Assembly: GCA_047495785.1 (NCBI GenBank)
Contig: JBLDXI010000002.1
Location: forward strand, 1,178,001-1,242,000
From: Lepidodermella squamata
Lineage: Eukaryota > Animalia > Gastrotricha
Length of the DNA: 64,000 nucleotides
Direction of reading: 5' to 3'
Below the pieces are notes generated by a model. That model made no database searches. It was not told the DNA's origin and saw only the letters and a program-made list of their open reading frames with translations. The number at the start of each line of letters is the position of its first letter. Position 1 is the stretch's first letter. The position numbers were made by a program, and so were the translations under genes. Below are positions 16,282-29,319 of the stretch, piece by piece.

Positions 16282-17370
16282 ATGACCGCTAGCAATTATC
16301 GATTAATTCCGTTTTCTGACCAGGCTAAATTGGAAAATGCTGTCTCCGGCTATGCCAAAGCAGGTGGCATCCGTCAAGCCTGCCCACTGTCCTGCCAACG
16401 CACGACAATTGTCATAATTTTCGCATGCCTTGTCGTAGCATCTTTCTCATTTTTCTACTGGTTCACCTTTTATGGACACACGCGCAATCCGAAAGTGCGA
16501 TTTTTCGTCGATGATCCACCGGCGAAAAGCGAGCAAATTAAAACTGAAGCGATGAATCCTCCGATTGCGAATAATCCGGATGTTGAAAAACCTTCACCAT
16601 CAATTATTCAACGTGATAGTAGTGAAGAGGATTCTAAAGAAGATGAGACAACAACTCATCCTACAACAACAACTACAGCTGCTTCCACAACTCAATTTAT
16701 TCAGACCTCTCCTGTACCAATGGCCCGAAATTTCACGTCATCGAATTGTTTTAATTCATCATTCGATTCAAGCAATATTTTGAGCAATACTACAACGTTC
16801 ATATTCGGTCTACCCACGGTTACCTCTGCCGAAGATGCAATGGCGCTGATTCAACGGCTTGATTACATCTACCAAAATTTCTATCATTGCCGGTATTTCT
16901 GCGTGAAAACTGACTTAATATCAAAACTTGCCACACGCCATTTATCGATGCCAATTTTTATCGAAATACCGGATGAAGACGAGAGAATTTTCGCTCAGCG
17001 TTGCGTTGAAAAAGTTGGAAAGGTGATGGAAAATCGCACCTCTTTGCTATACATACCGAGTGGGATGGATAACAGCATGGTTGTCACTTCAAAAGGCCTG
17101 GAAAAACTCGCGGCGGATGAGTTGAGTTGCTCTAAAAATGATTCAACTTGCAAAAATCGAATTTTAACTGCGACTGATGATTGTTTCCGAGGGCAAAAAA
17201 ATATTACCGGAGAACCACATTTCTGTTTGACCAATCAGCTTTTCAACGATGAAATGATTTGTAAGTTATTTCCTGTGGCATCATCGCTGGAAAAATCTAC
17301 CTCATCGGAGAAAAACGGGAGTAAGCCATTGCCGGAAAAAATAACACTATTGAAGGACGATGAAAAGTGA
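16282..17370 (+). CDS. Uncharacterised type II membrane protein (362 aa) with mucin-like Thr stalk and Cys-containing lumenal domain
   Basis: Short cytosolic N-terminus, TM helix TTIVIIFACLVVASFSFFYWF and poly-Thr stem, a Golgi-enzyme-like topology. AATAAA follows near 17426. No catalytic motif recognised. Confidence 0.65.
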   Translation: MTASNYRLIPFSDQAKLENAVSGYAKAGGIRQACPLSCQRTTIVIIFACLVVASFSFFYWFTFYGHTRNPKVRFFVDDPPAKSEQIKTEAMNPPIANNPDVEKPSPSIIQRDSSEEDSKEDETTTHPTTTTTAASTTQFIQTSPVPMARNFTSSNCFNSSFDSSNILSNTTTFIFGLPTVTSAEDAMALIQRLDYIYQNFYHCRYFCVKTDLISKLATRHLSMPIFIEIPDEDERIFAQRCVEKVGKVMENRTSLLYIPSGMDNSMVVTSKGLEKLAADELSCSKNDSTCKNRILTATDDCFRGQKNITGEPHFCLTNQLFNDEMICKLFPVASSLEKSTSSEKNGSKPLPEKITLLKDDEK

Positions 17371-17620
17371 AACTTCAATGTTCGATGTGCTTAGAAAAAA
17401 TAGAGCTGCCAGGCATGGAAAACTGAATAAAAATATAATTTTTATCCATGGAAGGTTGAAAAATGTGACCACTTAAAGACAATTGTCCGCGCATTTTCTT
17501 GGAGTAGCTACTCTAAATCAGGCCTTCTCAACACCCAAACCTTGGCGACGCGAAAATCATACTGCGAATCCTATCGAATTTTGCCATTTTTATCGTTTTT
17601 CAGTACACAAATTCAATGAA

Positions 17621-18006
17621 GGGTCCAAATATTTGCACCAATAAAAAGCACAAAATTTGAGCATCCCGGCACAAAGATATTCAGATTCTTTGCGATACTG
17701 ATGCCTTCCCTGAACCTAGGCTTTTTTATTTTAGCTACATCGTGCCCTAAGCTACGTAGAAAAATTATCGATGTTGGGTTCTACGACGGCTGATATCGGG
17801 AAAATCACTGATTTGTAAAATCGATACTCGGAATCGATATCGGCTCTGCAGGCTGACCTCGTAAACTGACCGCTTGTAGCGCAAAATACGGGTAATACGA
17901 AGATCTATTGGTTAGACAGGATTCTAGTGAAGACATGAAACTCGAAAAACCATATTTATAGGAATCTAGTGCTGGAACGCTAAATTTAGGGTGAGCACTT
18001 GCCACG
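17621..18006 (-). mobile_element. Repeat family A, copy 3 (reverse orientation)
   Basis: Reverse complement of the same core (ccctaagctacgtag..aaaatcactgatttgtaaaatcgatactcggaatcgat). Confidence 0.8.
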
Positions 18007-18542
18007 CCCATTCAATAGAATCAGTGGATCTGAATTTCGTTGATTGATTCAACTTTCAGCTGAAGTCGTCTATTGCCACACCCCGAACATTTCACTGAAG
18101 GTTCAGGGTAATATTCCCGAGAAAATTTCATGACTAGGTAGCCTTCATTCCGTTTAAAAAAAGACACTCGCTGCTACTAAAATCGTTTTTTATTCTGTTT
18201 TTCTCAGAAGAAGTAGTCTCCATCAATCATTATTTATTTACGTAATAATAAGTGCGCGGATGAACGGAGAAAAACCAACCGAATAATAACATTACATTAT
18301 TACCACAACAGATAGGCCGCACGGCGCGCGCAGAAAGCAAAATGTATCATCCATCATATAGCAGCTTGAATACGTACGTACGAAGATGGCCAGGGTGACA
18401 CAACGCGCCCCGCGGCAGCTCAAAACAAAACATATACACCTACATTTTATATCGTCTGTTTCATGTATCATCAAGCCGCGCTGTTTTTAGAAAAGTGCGC
18501 CACAACACGAGTTTCATCGCTTCAACAAAAATTTTATATAGG

Positions 18543-21500
18543 TCAAGAAGACACGGCCTCGCCCGAAGTCGCCTCCATCTTAACAGCTACTGGTTCGTAT
18601 TTCACGCTAACATCACCGGCGGCGTGTTCGGGGCACAGCAACGACGACTCGGGCGGCTCCGGCTTCGATTTCGAGTCGCCATTCGTCGCATTGCTGCCGA
18701 TGAACGGCGTCGAGGGTGCGAAAACGGGTGACGAGGGCGTCGAGGCGACACTCGTCGCCCGGGCCGCGTCTTCGAAGCACACCGTGTGGTAGATTTTGCC
18801 GGCGACACACACCGCGTCCTTGAGGTGCCACTCGTCCAGCTCCTCGTTCCAGAATGTCTCGAAGCCCTCGCCGCACACAACGCACGTGTCCTTTTTCGTG
18901 TCAGACGCCGCCGGGCACGACACGATGGCGGCCGAGGCGGACGGCGTGGCGCCCCGGTCGTCCTGCTTCTCGCCGGAATCTAGCGACAACTGACCCGGCC
19001 GGTCGACGCTGGGTTGCGGCTGCTCCGGGGCCGGCGCCTCGCCGCCCGCACCGTCCGTCACGTTGACCAGCATCGACGACTCGTTGACGCCCAGCGACTG
19101 GTCGGGTTCCGCCGACTGCTCGAGGGCGATCCAGTCGAGGACGGGTAGGAACCAGGCTCGGTGCCGTAGCACTCGAACCGCCTCGCGCTCGCGTTTATTC
19201 ACGCGGAAGTGCCAGTCGAGGTGCAGGCGGTAGCGGCTCGACTCGGGCGACGAGAAGCGGCACCCGCATGAGCCGCACTGCACCCCAGCGTACAACCGGG
19301 TGACCTCCGCCGGGTACTTCGTCTTGAACAAATCCGTGTTGAAATCGGACAAATCCGGCGTTTCGGCGAATTCCGGCTTGGGCGGGGGTGGCGGCGGGGC
19401 GGTTTTCGCAGGCGCCGGTGGGGGTAGCATGCCTTTGTTCATCAGCCGCGATATCAGGTCGTTGACGTCGATTGCGGCCGGGGCCTGGGGCATGGGCGGC
19501 GGCGGCGGGTCGACGGGCGCCATCGGCTGGGCGTACGAGCCGCTGTGTTGCGTCGCCGCCATTTGCGACGGCGGGAACATCATGCGGAAGTCGGGGAATC
19601 CGGGCGGCGGCATCGGCGGCATGGGTGGCATGAAGGGCGGCGCGTAGCCCATCGGGCCGAATGGCGGCATAGGCATGGGCATGGGCATGGGGGGCGGTGG
19701 CGGGGGCGGGGGTGCGATGAGCTGCCCGGTCGCCGGGTCGATGAGGCCGAGCAGTTTGACCTCGGGGGTGTGGCCGGGCAACTCGACCTTGACCTTGCGG
19801 TTGTTGAGCATTAGATAGACCGGGCCGGTGCCGAACGCGATGTTGTAGCGGTGGTCGCCGATGATGAGCTCCTGGGCCGGGGCGCCGAGTTGTGCGGCCA
19901 GGGGCGGGTCGAGGCTGGGCAGCGGCACGGCGCGGTCCGTGTGGATCTCGACGGGTTCGTCGTCGACGAGCAGGATGCGGGGCGGGCCGTCGAAGCGGAT
20001 GCCGCGCAGCTCGCCGCTGATGAGCACGGCGGGCACGGGCAGGTCGAGCTTCACCTCGCACAGCTGGTTGTCGATCTGAATCTGCCGCGCTGGTGCGTGG
20101 AACGAAAATCGGTACCTGTTTCGGGAAATTCGAAAAAAACATTAACATTGGATCGCGGCAATTCAACCCAGTAGCAAATAGATAAAAAGCAAGTAACATG
20201 CAGCATCAGAAAAAGTAGAAATCATCGCGAGTGGAATAAAGCAACGTGATATCGACAGCTACTAATTATTTTTGAAAAAACCTCAGAAATCAAAACTCTG
20301 GATTTCTCACTCAGATATGTCACATGTCACAGCCACAAAGCTCGCGACTTTAGAAATTTAAGAGTAAATAATAAAAATTCATAAGTCGATACCACGTTTC
20401 ATGTTTCCACTGACGAAAGCCGAAGGAGCTGGATGCAATACGTAGCCATAAACCTTAGACCATTAGTAGCTCAATATGTAGCAAAAGTTTTTTCGCATAA
20501 CCCTTCAAATAAAAGTATACCTTGTATTTCTGCGCCTAAATCTGGCGAAATTAGGAGATAGGTCAACTATTAACGCCTTATTGATACACCAAAACTAGGA
20601 TTTCCTACTAGGATTGGTATATTTTCTAGGATACAGTCGAAAGGGTGTTTCTAGGTTCCTTTTTTAACAATAATGAAACAGGTAGTCCGCAAAAGTTTTC
20701 GAAAATCAACCTGACGATGTTATATTTCCATAAAGTTTGTGATGATTTTCACCTTGCTAGTCGAAAAACTTATATTTTAGAGCAATGTACGGAACGGAAC
20801 TAAATTTCAAAACCACAATATATTTTAGCGGAACCTAATTTGACCCAAGCCAAGCAGCGGAAGGTTGCTTTTCGAATAAATCTACGAATTCAAGGCATTG
20901 TATGAAATCCTAAGTGAAAATGTGTCTTATTCAGAATTTTATGCTAAATTTAAGATGTTTTATTTTGAATTATGATGGTGAATCCTAACATGTTTGAAAG
21001 TTCAGAAAAGTAGTTTTAAAAATTCCAAAATTTGGTTCCGCTGAAAGTAAGAGCATCCAAGTCAAAATATAAAAATGTCATTTTTCAACTGGTTGCAAAT
21101 CTGTTTTTTTTTATTTCAAAATATTGGTTTCATAGTGCAGGGTGTCCCAGAAGTTGCGCAGTTATTTTTTAATTTTGCAATTTCCTACCAATTTCATCAA
21201 GTTAAACATACCGAGAAAATATTCCTTATTTTATCCTCGATTTAACCGAATAAATACAAAATTTACAGGACAAAACCAGGAAAACCCCGATGGTAACTGG
21301 TTCGGTAACTTTCGCTATTTTACCCGGTTGGACCGAATTTCTCCTGACTTTTTGAATCCCATTAAAAAGTGACATACTTGATATCTATTCTCGTTAATTT
21401 TTGAATTTTTCTAAACATGTGAGATGTGACTTCGTCACTCATTTAAGAGACCCTTTCCGTGAACCCTTTCCGTGCATTTTCATTGCTTGTTTTATTTATG

Positions 21501-24500
21501 GGACACGCCGTAAAAAATCCCGAAAATTTCGACTAAACTGGCCAGACTTTTTGCTTCCAATTTTCAGTTGATTAAAACGATTCTTTCTTACTGAGCTTTC
21601 AAATTTGGGGCATTTACTCACAACATTACAAACAAACTTAGGGATGTCGAAACGAATAAAATGAATGGGAGAAATGTCTCCAATGGTTCTTACCTGTTGC
21701 CATGAGGCGGCAAGGCGACATCACAGGGTAGGTGGGCAATGGCACAAGCCCGCTCGCCGTTGACCAGCAGTTCACCGGCGCCGGTGTCAACAACAAGCTC
21801 AATCGTCTGGCCGTCGACCGTCACCGTCTGCGGCGGCGCATCGACGCGGATGCGATACTCGACCGCGTTGATCCACAGCGACTGCATCTCACCGTGGTAG
21901 AACAGCATCACGCGCGCGCCGTCGACAAACACCTCGCGCAACGGGCTGTTCAACTTGTACACCGGCCGGCCGTCCATCAACACCTGCCGCGATGTCGGGT
22001 TGATGCGCAACGCCCGCCGCTTCCCGGCGATGAACACCGTCCGCGGCGGCCCGCCTATTGTCATATCGATCGGCTCGCCGTTCAGCACAACGTGCGCGGT
22101 CGATGGGAATGAAGCCGGCTGCAGGACGGGCGCTGGTTCGACGGCGACCGGGGTCGGCAGCAGGCCGGGTTTAGCCGCTGGTTTCGCCGATTCGGCGGGT
22201 TCGTCTGCTGGTTTGCCGGCGGGTTTATTCGCCGGGGGTGGGGCGCCCCTCACGTCTTTCAGCCGGCGCTCGATGTCGTAGAGTTGCGTGAGGCGGGTCA
22301 CGAGTTCGCCGTGTTGCTTCGTCGTTAGCTGCCCGGACAGCAGTTGCTGCTCGGCCTGGTCGAGCAGGCGCCGTTGGTCCTTGTCGCTCATGCCCTGGCG
22401 CGGTTCGACGGGTAGAGACGGCATCGGGCCCGGACCGGGTGGTAGTGATGTGGCCGTACTCGGCGGTTTCAACGGCTGCACCGGTTCCAGGGGCTGCGGC
22501 GCACTCATTTGCGGCAAGCCGCTGTTCTTCAGCGCAGATTTCTTGAAAAAACAGAGAAAAAAATTCAAATTAATTCGCCAAAAAATTGTCAACACAATTG
22601 AGGACTCTGACAATTAAGGGAATCATTACTTCAGGTTTTTCCATTTTAAATTGATTTTTTTTCCGATTTTTTCGTATCTCTTTTCTTTCGAGCAATTCGC
22701 CATTGAAATGAAGAAAAAGGCTTCTTCCAGCTATTTAAATTTCAAGTCGAATTTCGCTGGTTGGAAAAATCGATTGCTAAAAATAATTCCTTCATTGACA
22801 AATTTCTGATCTCGATTAATCAATAAAATGAGGATTTTTATATCAGAACCGAGGCCCAATTTTTCGAAATTCGATCTTATTTCGTTTTCGTCATTTGAAA
22901 TAGCTGGAGGAAGCGTGTTTTTTCAGTCCAAATGCCGAACCCTCTGTGTTGCACGAATTTTCGTGTCGAACTTGGAGAATTGCTTATCACACGACTCATT
23001 CGTCCTCCCAAATCAATCGGAATCAAAATGGCCGACGATAAAACTCTCCATTTTTATTAATCTGTTAAATTAAATGACCGGTTACCAGTTTTAACGAGTA
23101 AACGAGTAACGAATTAAACGAGTATAAGGATGTGCTTTTTTCTCAATAACTCGATAGAACATATATGTGTAATACATGCACAAAAAGCGACAACGGCGCG
23201 CAATACCTTAGGCTCGACAGCGGCCGGGTGGCCGGGCAGCAGCAGCGGCGCCGGTTCGGTCGAAATCTGCCGAAACGCGTCGACAGCCGCGTTGAACTCG
23301 GCGTCCGAAATGCTTTCATCGTCGTCCATGCGCGGCACCGGGATCGCGCGGGCCGACGACACGTCCATCGCGTCATTGTGGTGGTGGTGGCCCTTGTCGT
23401 CCGCCGCAATGTCCAACTCGCCCTTGGCGGATTTCACCGCCGGCAGCGAGCTGTCTTTCGGCTCCAGCGGCCTTTTACTCAGCCTCTTCGTACCACCGGG
23501 GCTCATTGTCACCTGCTCGTCGACCGTATGCCTCACTTTGCCGTTATTTGCGACTGTTTCGTCGTGTTCAAACCCGGGCGGTCGCGAAACTTCCTGTAGG
23601 TTCTGCGCGATACTGCCCAGCACGTCGTCCAAGGCTGAAAAATCAAACATCAATAATTTGAGATTCCAAGGTAAAACAAATTATTTAAAGGTCACGGGAA
23701 ATAATTAAGGAGGAGATTTTATTAACAATTAATTTAATTTTGCCGAAGAAAACGTAATTCAAAAACACTGATCCAGTTATCGTAATTTAGGAAAGATTGT
23801 TGAGACCAAAAAATCTAAGAAAAAAATGAAAATATCGCAAATTTATTTTTGGAGAAAAACACTTGATTGAAGCGTATTAGCTATACAGCGTGTCCCATCA
23901 GTAATGCAAAAAAGAAAATGCACAGAAAAGGGCTTAGGAACTCTAAAATGAGAACCGAAGTCACATCTCACGGCCAGAAAATTTTTAGAAAAATTCATAA
24001 AATCACGAGAATAGTAATCAAGCATGTCACTTGTTAATGAGATTACAAAATCAGGAGAAATTTGGTCCAGCCGGGTAAAATACCGAAAATTACTGAACCA
24101 GTTACAATCGGGGTTTTCCGGGTTTTCTCCAGTGAAATCTTGATTTCTTCGGTTAAATCGCAGATAAAAGATGGACTTTTCTCTTGGTAGGTTTAATTTA
24201 TAAAAAAATAATTGAATTTCCTACAAAAAGCTGCCAATTTAAAAAATAGTAGCGCAACTTCTGGGAACGCTGCACGGTAAAAAATTAAAAACCCTGTATT
24301 CCTACAGTTCATCACTTTACGAATTTTTTGAAATTACGAGTTTTCCGAATTGAAAGTAAAATCTTAAGTAGGTAGACTAAAAAACTGAGCAAGAAATTGA
24401 AGTGCTGTAGAGTCAAATTTAGCCGAAAAATTATTAGTAAATTTTGAAATGACCTAAATATAACAAGGAGGTAGCAACAAAATTAGAGCTTTACCTGTTT

Positions 24501-26057
24501 TCGAGGCTGAAGAGGCCGATTCTGGGCCAGCGTGGCGTTTTCGAGGATCACGGGGAACGGGCGCAGTCGCCGAGGATGACGCCCCACCCGACGTCACTGT
24601 GCTCTGCGTGCTGGATATCACCTCTAGAATGAGCTTCTGCGCATCTTCCGGCAGCGGGTTCGACTTCAACTCGTCGACAATACGAGCCAACCGCTGCTGC
24701 AACTCCTTCGCCTGTTCTATCCGCGCGAGTTCTTCCTTCTGCTTCTCAAGCAGCAACTTCTGCTTCTGCAACTGCATTTCGAGGTGCATCTCGCGCAGCC
24801 GCCTCAACTCCTCCTCTTTGGCAAGAATCGACTCGTTGGTGATCGAGGTAGCCGGAGCCGCGACGGCAGCTTCCACCACCGGGGCAACGGTCGCAACCGG
24901 GGTCGGCGCGACTATCACAGGTTGGGCAGGCACAACGGTCACAGGCGGCGCGTGTTGCGTAGTGGCGGTGGTGGTTGTTGTGGTTGCGGCGGCGGTGGTA
25001 GTAGTCGTCGCCGATGTAGTGGCCGCGGCGGGTGCTGGGTGCCGCGACGGCACTGGCCGGCTCATGTCGTCCGGCGGCAGTTGCACAATGGGCCATTTCG
25101 GGTCGATTTTGTTTACTTTCACGTCAAGTACAAACAACTTTTTCGGAGGGAATATCTCCGCCCATGTCTGACGCACTTTGTACATAGCACCACGCGTTTT
25201 ATCATCCACCTTAATTTAAAGAAACGAAAAAATGTACGCTTTAAAAATTAGCTTTAGTTCAAAATATTAAGAAATTCTTGCAAATTTTTCAAATTTTCTA
25301 CGTTTACCCGATATTTGGCCATTTATAAAGTGTTTGACTAACCTTGGACAATTAGCCTGTTAATTTTGGATGCTCATTTGCATTCAAATCTCAAAGTTTT
25401 TTCAAGAAAATGGCCAACTTATATGGTGCAAAAAAGCTATTTTTCATTTTTATTAGATATTTATTCAGTCTAAAACAAATTTTTTCACCTGGTAATTCAG
25501 GTAAATGCCCAGCTAAACCGCACCGCGGAATTTCAATTTCTTCAATTTTATAAAAATCTCCAAAAATATTAAAAATGCTATATGAGCAAGTTTTTATTGA
25601 CCAATTTTGGTACCATAACCAAAATTTTACCATCTTATATTAAACTTATCATTCAATTCGAAAGATAACTCTGTAAAATTATTTCATTTTAGTGTAAAAA
25701 AAAACTTACTTGGGAGAACATCATAACGAAATTATTGACGATGTTTATGGCGAATTGTTCCCTGTAGGTGGTGTCGGGTAAGTTTTTGATGATCGAGTCG
25801 ATCAGGTACAAAACAGGCAGCTTCTCGTGAGACGGCGCCTGTTTGTTAGGAAACACAAAACAGAGTCAAATCTAGCGCGAGGTAATGCGAAAAGTTACCT
25901 CGCGCAGGCGGTTCTCAATGACCTTGGTGATTTCGGGCGCAAAGCGCTTGTCGTCATCCGCTAAAATAGTCAACATGCTGATGTTGGCCTTATTGGTGGT
26001 CTTCAAGTCTGCGAGACTCGAGACGAAGTCGTTGACGGCCTCGTTCATGGTAGCCAT
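18543..26057 (-). CDS. PCF11: Pre-mRNA cleavage complex II protein Pcf11, exons 26057-25899, 25838-25710, 25209-24495, 23634-23207, 22541-21694, 20115-18543
   Basis: CID domain (LADLKTTNKANISMLTILA; KLPVLYLIDSIIKN; KVRQTW; DPKWP), PRDPR motif, RFDGP-like beta repeats, and two C-terminal zinc-binding motifs (QCGSCGCRF..HLDWHFR..R.W; CVVCGEGFETFWNEELDEWHLKDAV..YHTVC). All junctions are GT-AG and in phase. Confidence 0.93.
20757..21095. mobile_element. Probable degenerate TIR element in PCF11 intron 5
   Basis: tttagcggaacctaattt (~20824) versus aaatttggttccgctgaa (~21028) in inverted orientation, with weaker outer inverted matches. Confidence 0.4.
21138..21510 (+). mobile_element. Tc1/mariner-like MITE family B, copy 1 (PCF11 intron)
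   Basis: Termini cagggtgtccca ... tgggacacgccg-ta; internal sequence shared with the copies at 23886 and 34958. Confidence 0.78.
23886..24272 (-). mobile_element. Tc1/mariner-like MITE family B, copy 2 (PCF11 intron)
   Basis: ta-cagcgtgtccca left end; internal ccgggtaaaataccgaaaattac..aaccagttac..ggggttttccgggttttctcc shared with copy 3. Confidence 0.78.
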
Positions 26058-26475
26058 GTCAACAACAACGGCCGACTCCCCAATGGTGCGTTGCAATAAA
26101 ATGTGACCAAAAATGACTACGACTGGCTACATCAAACAACAAAAAGACACAACTGATCAGCGACTTCTTTAATTCATCAATTATTAAATGTGTTAAAAAT
26201 TGCACCGTGCAGTTTCTTCTTCAACATCAAGGTCGTAGCTTCGGACACAAAAAAACAAACTTGGCTATTCCCTTCCCGGCCTGCAGGCGATGCCAATACT
26301 AGTACGTACGTGGAATGAATAATATAGCGTTAGGAGATAACAAGAAAAACATAATCTGCACATTTTACTGATCATAGACGCTTTAGAAACATGAAAATGA
26401 GGTGCAGCAGCGAATAATTAAACTAAAAAAATGTCGAACGATGAAGATTGAGCTCAAAATGTACTAGCAGCTGGA

Positions 26476-28284
26476 CTAGCTCGACAAAAAATCGGGCGGA
26501 TTATTTTCATTTTCAACATGGTATAAAATGTCCACAACAGAGTGCAGCACCGAGGCTGCGAGCGCGGCTTCGGCCATTGGCCGGTACGCCACGTCGGTTT
26601 GCGGCGCGAATCGGAAGTTCGGGCCCGGATTTACGCGAACTGTCACGTTCTTGTATAAAGAAATCCCGACGTAGTAAGTACCACTAGGTATGTTTCGCCA
26701 CGCCACGCCTTGGCTGACTCCATTCCTGAAAAATTCGATGTGAGCACCGGGCAAGGGTTTCAGCAGCTTTTCAGCCTCTGCAGCTTGATCACGTTCTTCG
26801 TAGTACAAATTCCCCTTGAACTTAACCAAAGGCAAGTCCTTGTAACTAGGCGGCAGGTACTCTCCGATCGGTAACTGCTGCGGCTGCTCCGAGATAGGCA
26901 GGCTGATCAAGCAGCCAATAACATCACCAGCGGCATAGCCACCGTCAGAATAATGAGAACCTCGACTGTCTGTGAAGGCTGTGCCATAGCGTGATCGCCA
27001 ACCATACCCGAACTTGTCGTAGCCGACAGGTGCTTGCAGGTTTGCGGCCGACATTACCCAGCCAATACGAGCGGCGCCGGGAGGTTGCATTTCCAAAATG
27101 CTGACCTCGTAATACCAACAGCCGAGTGATATTCCGAGATTGGACCGGATGGTGCTGTAGCCTTTCTCGCCACTCACTGTTAACCGATCTTCCAAAACCC
27201 GAAGTTGAGGGGCCCGGTCGTTGAGAGAAAGTTGCAACTCAGTAGGAAGATGAGGCCGGTACAAGCAACCAGGTATAGGTTTCCCCGCAGTTTCTTCCTT
27301 TTCATCCCACGCTTGTCGATAGGGTGAATGAGGATCAGGTTCTGAAAACAAAACAAAGCTTTGACTCGGCAGATCATTTGATTAATGGAGCATACCAGCT
27401 AAAATATATCGATAACCATCTTTATTCAATGGATATTCAACACACATTGAAGATGTTAATGCATTGGAAGCTAGCGAGAGCCCTGAACCAGAGTTAGCAG
27501 CACTAGCACCAAAAGCTCGAGAGGAAGAATTTCCGTCGCCCTCCGAGACAACGTTAGGGTTGCGACAAGCTCTAGTCACGACCCCGGAAGCCCCGTTTAC
27601 GCCATGTTCCGCACCCGTTGATGACCGAGTGGCGGCGCCGCCAGAACTTTCGCTCTTGCCCCTCTTAGCAGCTGCGCCAAAGCCAGCACTGGCAGCACCA
27701 CGACCAGATCCTCGTAACACTTCACTTGTTGGAAGATCAGCAACTGGCGATAAGGCAGACAAGTCCTCTGCGACAAGTCCAAAGTGGGGATCCCCAGATA
27801 CTTCCTCTTTATAGCTGAAGACCTTGTCCTCGCGGTGTAGCACCTTTTTTACGTTTTCTTGCCATGAAGTTTTGCTTTTCCGGGGAACAGTAGTCAAAAA
27901 TTCCCAATTTTTATCGATGAAGGGTATAATGTCACGATCTTTACTGAAAAGCTTTTGACCGCTGGATGAATGCTGCAGTATGAGATTTGCGATCGCCGTG
28001 ACACACATTTGTGTGAATGAGGACTGCTTTCGCGTTAGAGATTCGATGCCTGAGCCAGAACATCCTCGGCATGTGAAGGAATAATTAGTTATAAAGGGTA
28101 AGCAATTGCCAGTATAAATCGAGACGCAGTCGCTATGAAACCATCGTCGACAGATAGAGCAATGTAACTCCAACGATTGGAGAGTTCTTGGCCTCGCACA
28201 ATAACACTGACCAGAAGTGAGCGGAGGAGAAGGCAACCGTTTCTCCGGTTCCAGGTCTTTGAACACCACGTCGGTGTCAGTCAT
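26476..28284 (-). CDS. ASH2L: Set1/COMPASS subunit ASH2-like, exons 28284-27396 and 27341-26476
   Basis: Atypical PHD (CYC..LHCSICRRWFHSDC..NYSFTCRGC), winged helix (FSKDRDIIPFIDKNWE), NKDGYRYILAEPDPH across a 54-bp intron, SPRY domain (LSLNDRAPQL, GEKGYS, LQAPVGYDKFGYGWRS) and C-terminal DPY30-binding helix. Confidence 0.96.
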
Positions 28285-29319
28285 AAACAGAGCCTAGAAA
28301 ATATAATGGATTGGCTTAAGGTATAATTATGAAGCAAACTGAAGACTCCATCACGTAAAAATAAATAGAGACAATTAAGAGAAAGTACTAACTAATATAG
28401 GTATATTAGCCGGCATAAAGTTAAAATTTTGGTAGACAGCAACTATTATACTGTTGATGAATACACCGATGAATACACCGATGATACACCGACAATCGAT
28501 AACATTCAGGAATCAGAATCAGAGCAAACTTGGTTCAACATCATTGTGGCTCCTTCCGAATTGCGAATCGACAGTGAATCGATTTCGCATGATTCCATCT
28601 GCTCTTCTCCGATGAGGAATTCATGCAAAAAATATCAAGTATCAACGGGAATCGTAGAATCGTAGAAACAACGCCAAGCTCTTCTACAGCGACAAGGCTT
28701 CACACGCAGGAAGTTGAAAACAAACTCATGATCATCTGCACAACACTTTTGCATCGCCCATCGCTCTCCCCTCGCATTTTGCACTTTTCGAGATTTTTCA
28801 AAAGAATCCTCAGGATGATGGAAATTGCATTTTTAATATTACTCCATCTGAAATTGATATTTTAAAATAATTATTATCTGTCGAAATTAGTTTGCTGCAT
28901 GTTTTGCTGATACGTTTTGAATAAAGAAACCTGTTGTTTCTCCTCCGCTCGCGAGATTCTCAGGTGCGATATTTTGTTTCCTTGTTTGTCTAGTGCTTGC
29001 TTGCCACCTTCTCTGTCCGTCGTGGCTTGTTAAGTGATAATAAGTGACAAATAAGGGCTACTCAATTAGGCCAGCTATACCTTTCACAGCCCTTTCGCTC
29101 ATCAAGTTAACCATTGCTTACGCATTCGGTTCTCGGCTCATGCATGCTTTTAGCTCAAGCACCAAGCTAAACATCTCTAAGTCCATCATACTCGACCAAA
29201 ATGCTTACCTGAATAATTGCCTAAAGTTAACTGCATCTGAATTTCAATACTTTCTCGTAATTGTCTTCAAGTCCTGAATCACGAATATTTCTTATATCGA
29301 CTGTTCTAGCTTCTTTAAA

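Noticed and set aside
18463-25251. Numerous overlapping ORFs across PCF11 exons
   Set aside because: Explained by high GC and codon bias of the real minus-strand frame.
28429-28865. Two short ORFs with a 12-bp tandem (gatgaatacacc) between ASH2L and LMO7
   Set aside because: First ORF has a non-ATG start; no recognisable domain and no convincing splice link to LMO7.
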